Shown here in pieces: positions 27,401 through 28,675 of a stretch of DNA of 28,675 nt. Origin of the DNA: Pseudomonadota bacterium (lineage in GTDB: Bacteria; Pseudomonadota; Alphaproteobacteria; RF32; CAG-239); assembly GCA_918234285.1 (NCBI GenBank), contig CAKJXZ020000069.1, forward strand, positions 1-28,675, read 5' to 3'. Position numbers and translations under genes: made by a program. The notes beneath the pieces are model-generated. The model did no database searches. It had not been told where the DNA came from and saw only the letters and a list, made by a program, of their open reading frames with translations. The first letter of the stretch is position 1, and the number at the start of each line of letters is the position of its first letter.

Positions 27401-28483
27401 ATGGCAGATAAATATTTAAAATTCGAACAAGATGGCAAAACCTATAATCTGTATGATTTGCCGGACGGTTTCGTGATTAAGGGTAGTTTGAATTTAAGCG
27501 ATAGAGGTTTGACCGAATTGCCGGATTTATCCAAGGTAGTTGTTAACGGCAGTTTTTGGTGTGATGAAAATAAATTAACGTCGTTAAAAGGCGCGCCGCA
27601 AAAAGTCGGCGGTGCATTTTGTTGCAGAAGAAACAAGCTCAAAAATTTAGAAGGTATGCCATTGGAAGTGGGCGGAAAATTTGATTGTTGCCTCAATGAA
27701 ATAACTTCGCTGCAAGGGCTGAAAAAAATCGGCGGCAGTTTTCTGTGTTGCGGTAACAAACTGACTTCGCTGGAGGGTATGCCGCAGGAAATTAACGGTG
27801 ATTTTGAGTGTGATAATAATGAAATTACCTCTTTAGCAGGTGCTCCACGGAAAGTGCGCGGCAGCTTCTGGTGTTCCGAAAATCAACTTACGACTTTGGA
27901 TGGTGCTCCGGAATATATCGGCGGCGATTTCGGTTGTTCCATAAATAATCTAACCTCGCTTAAAGGTGCGCCGCAAGCCGTAAACGGAAAATTCAGATGC
28001 TGTGAAAATGACTTAACCACCTTAAAAGGCGGGCCGCAATTCGTGTATGATGATTTTATCTGCGACAGTAATCAGTTAATTTCTTTGGAGGGCGGGCCGG
28101 AATATGTTGGCGGAACTTATGATTGCGGATATAATAATTTGACTTCGTTGCGCGGGGCTCCGGCAAAAATCGGTGGTGATTTCAGGTGTGAAGGAAATGA
28201 ACTCAAAACGTTGGTCGAAGTACCGAAATTGACCGGAAATAACGGTATTTTCTGCGATAATGAATTGGGAGAAAAATATGGTTTTGAAGATGCTCTGGAA
28301 AGTGGTATTACTTATGAGGATTTGACCGACACCACACTCTATAAAAGTGAACGATCAGCCTACAATATTCGTATGAAGAAAAATCAGGAACGAACCGTTG
28401 CGGAAGATATAAAAAAGGCGAAGCGCAACGCCGGATTCGAGGCCTTTAAGAAAAAATTTAAGCCGGCTGAGCGCGAAGAATAA
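27401..28483 (+). CDS. 21-aa LRR family protein (11 repeats)
   Basis: Family N-cap, repeats and tail AGFEAFKKKFKPAEREE. Confidence 0.9.
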   Translation: MADKYLKFEQDGKTYNLYDLPDGFVIKGSLNLSDRGLTELPDLSKVVVNGSFWCDENKLTSLKGAPQKVGGAFCCRRNKLKNLEGMPLEVGGKFDCCLNEITSLQGLKKIGGSFLCCGNKLTSLEGMPQEINGDFECDNNEITSLAGAPRKVRGSFWCSENQLTTLDGAPEYIGGDFGCSINNLTSLKGAPQAVNGKFRCCENDLTTLKGGPQFVYDDFICDSNQLISLEGGPEYVGGTYDCGYNNLTSLRGAPAKIGGDFRCEGNELKTLVEVPKLTGNNGIFCDNELGEKYGFEDALESGITYEDLTDTTLYKSERSAYNIRMKKNQERTVAEDIKKAKRNAGFEAFKKKFKPAEREE

Positions 28484-28498
28484 AGAGAGGAAGAATCT

Positions 28499-28675
28499 AT
28501 GGCAGAAATAAATGATAAATTTGAGTTTGAACAGGACGGGAAGACTTACAGCCTGTGTAACCTGCCGGACGGGTTTGTGATTAAGGGCGATGTAAATTTG
28601 TCGCGAAGAGATTTGACCGAGTTGCCGGATTTATCTAAGGTAACCGTTGAAGGAGATTTTAATTGCGAATATAAC
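28499..28675 (+). CDS. 21-aa LRR family protein, 3'-truncated by the window edge (not in the ORF track)
   Basis: MAEINDKFEFEQDGKTYSLCNLPDGFVIKGDVNLSRRDLTELPDLSKVTVEGDFNCEYN. Confidence 0.9.
   Translation, partial: MAEINDKFEFEQDGKTYSLCNLPDGFVIKGDVNLSRRDLTELPDLSKVTVEGDFNCEYN

Overview
Bacterial chromosome segment, probably alphaproteobacterial (inferred from GyrA, the SH3 protein-xerC pair and L33; HydF suggests an anaerobe). The housekeeping core is gyrA, endA, tcdA, rnhB, hydF, tatD, alr, SIMPL, DUF2130, a radical SAM/SPASM protein, an M20 peptidase, xerC and rpmG. Two accessory systems stand out. (1) Two tandem arrays (1-2761 and 25524-28675, both running off the window) encode at least 8 paralogous 21-aa leucine-rich-repeat proteins with constant N-caps, 4-13 variable repeats and a conserved C-terminal tail ending EERE/EREE. 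(2) At 5834-9781 there is what looks like a polymorphic-toxin array: one full-length gene, a 38-codon C-terminal stub, a start-less lysozyme-like cassette that repeats part of the full-length N-terminus, and a decayed third repeat. Each toxin-like unit is met head-on by a separately promoted partner: a secreted Cys-rich protein for the lysozyme cassette, and ORF-less structured small RNAs for the two nuclease-like units. These RNAs are candidate RNA immunity factors. Further candidate ncRNAs lie at 15760-16170 and 22303-22375. No rRNA, tRNA, CRISPR array or transposase was seen. All calls are from reading the sequence; no searches were run.
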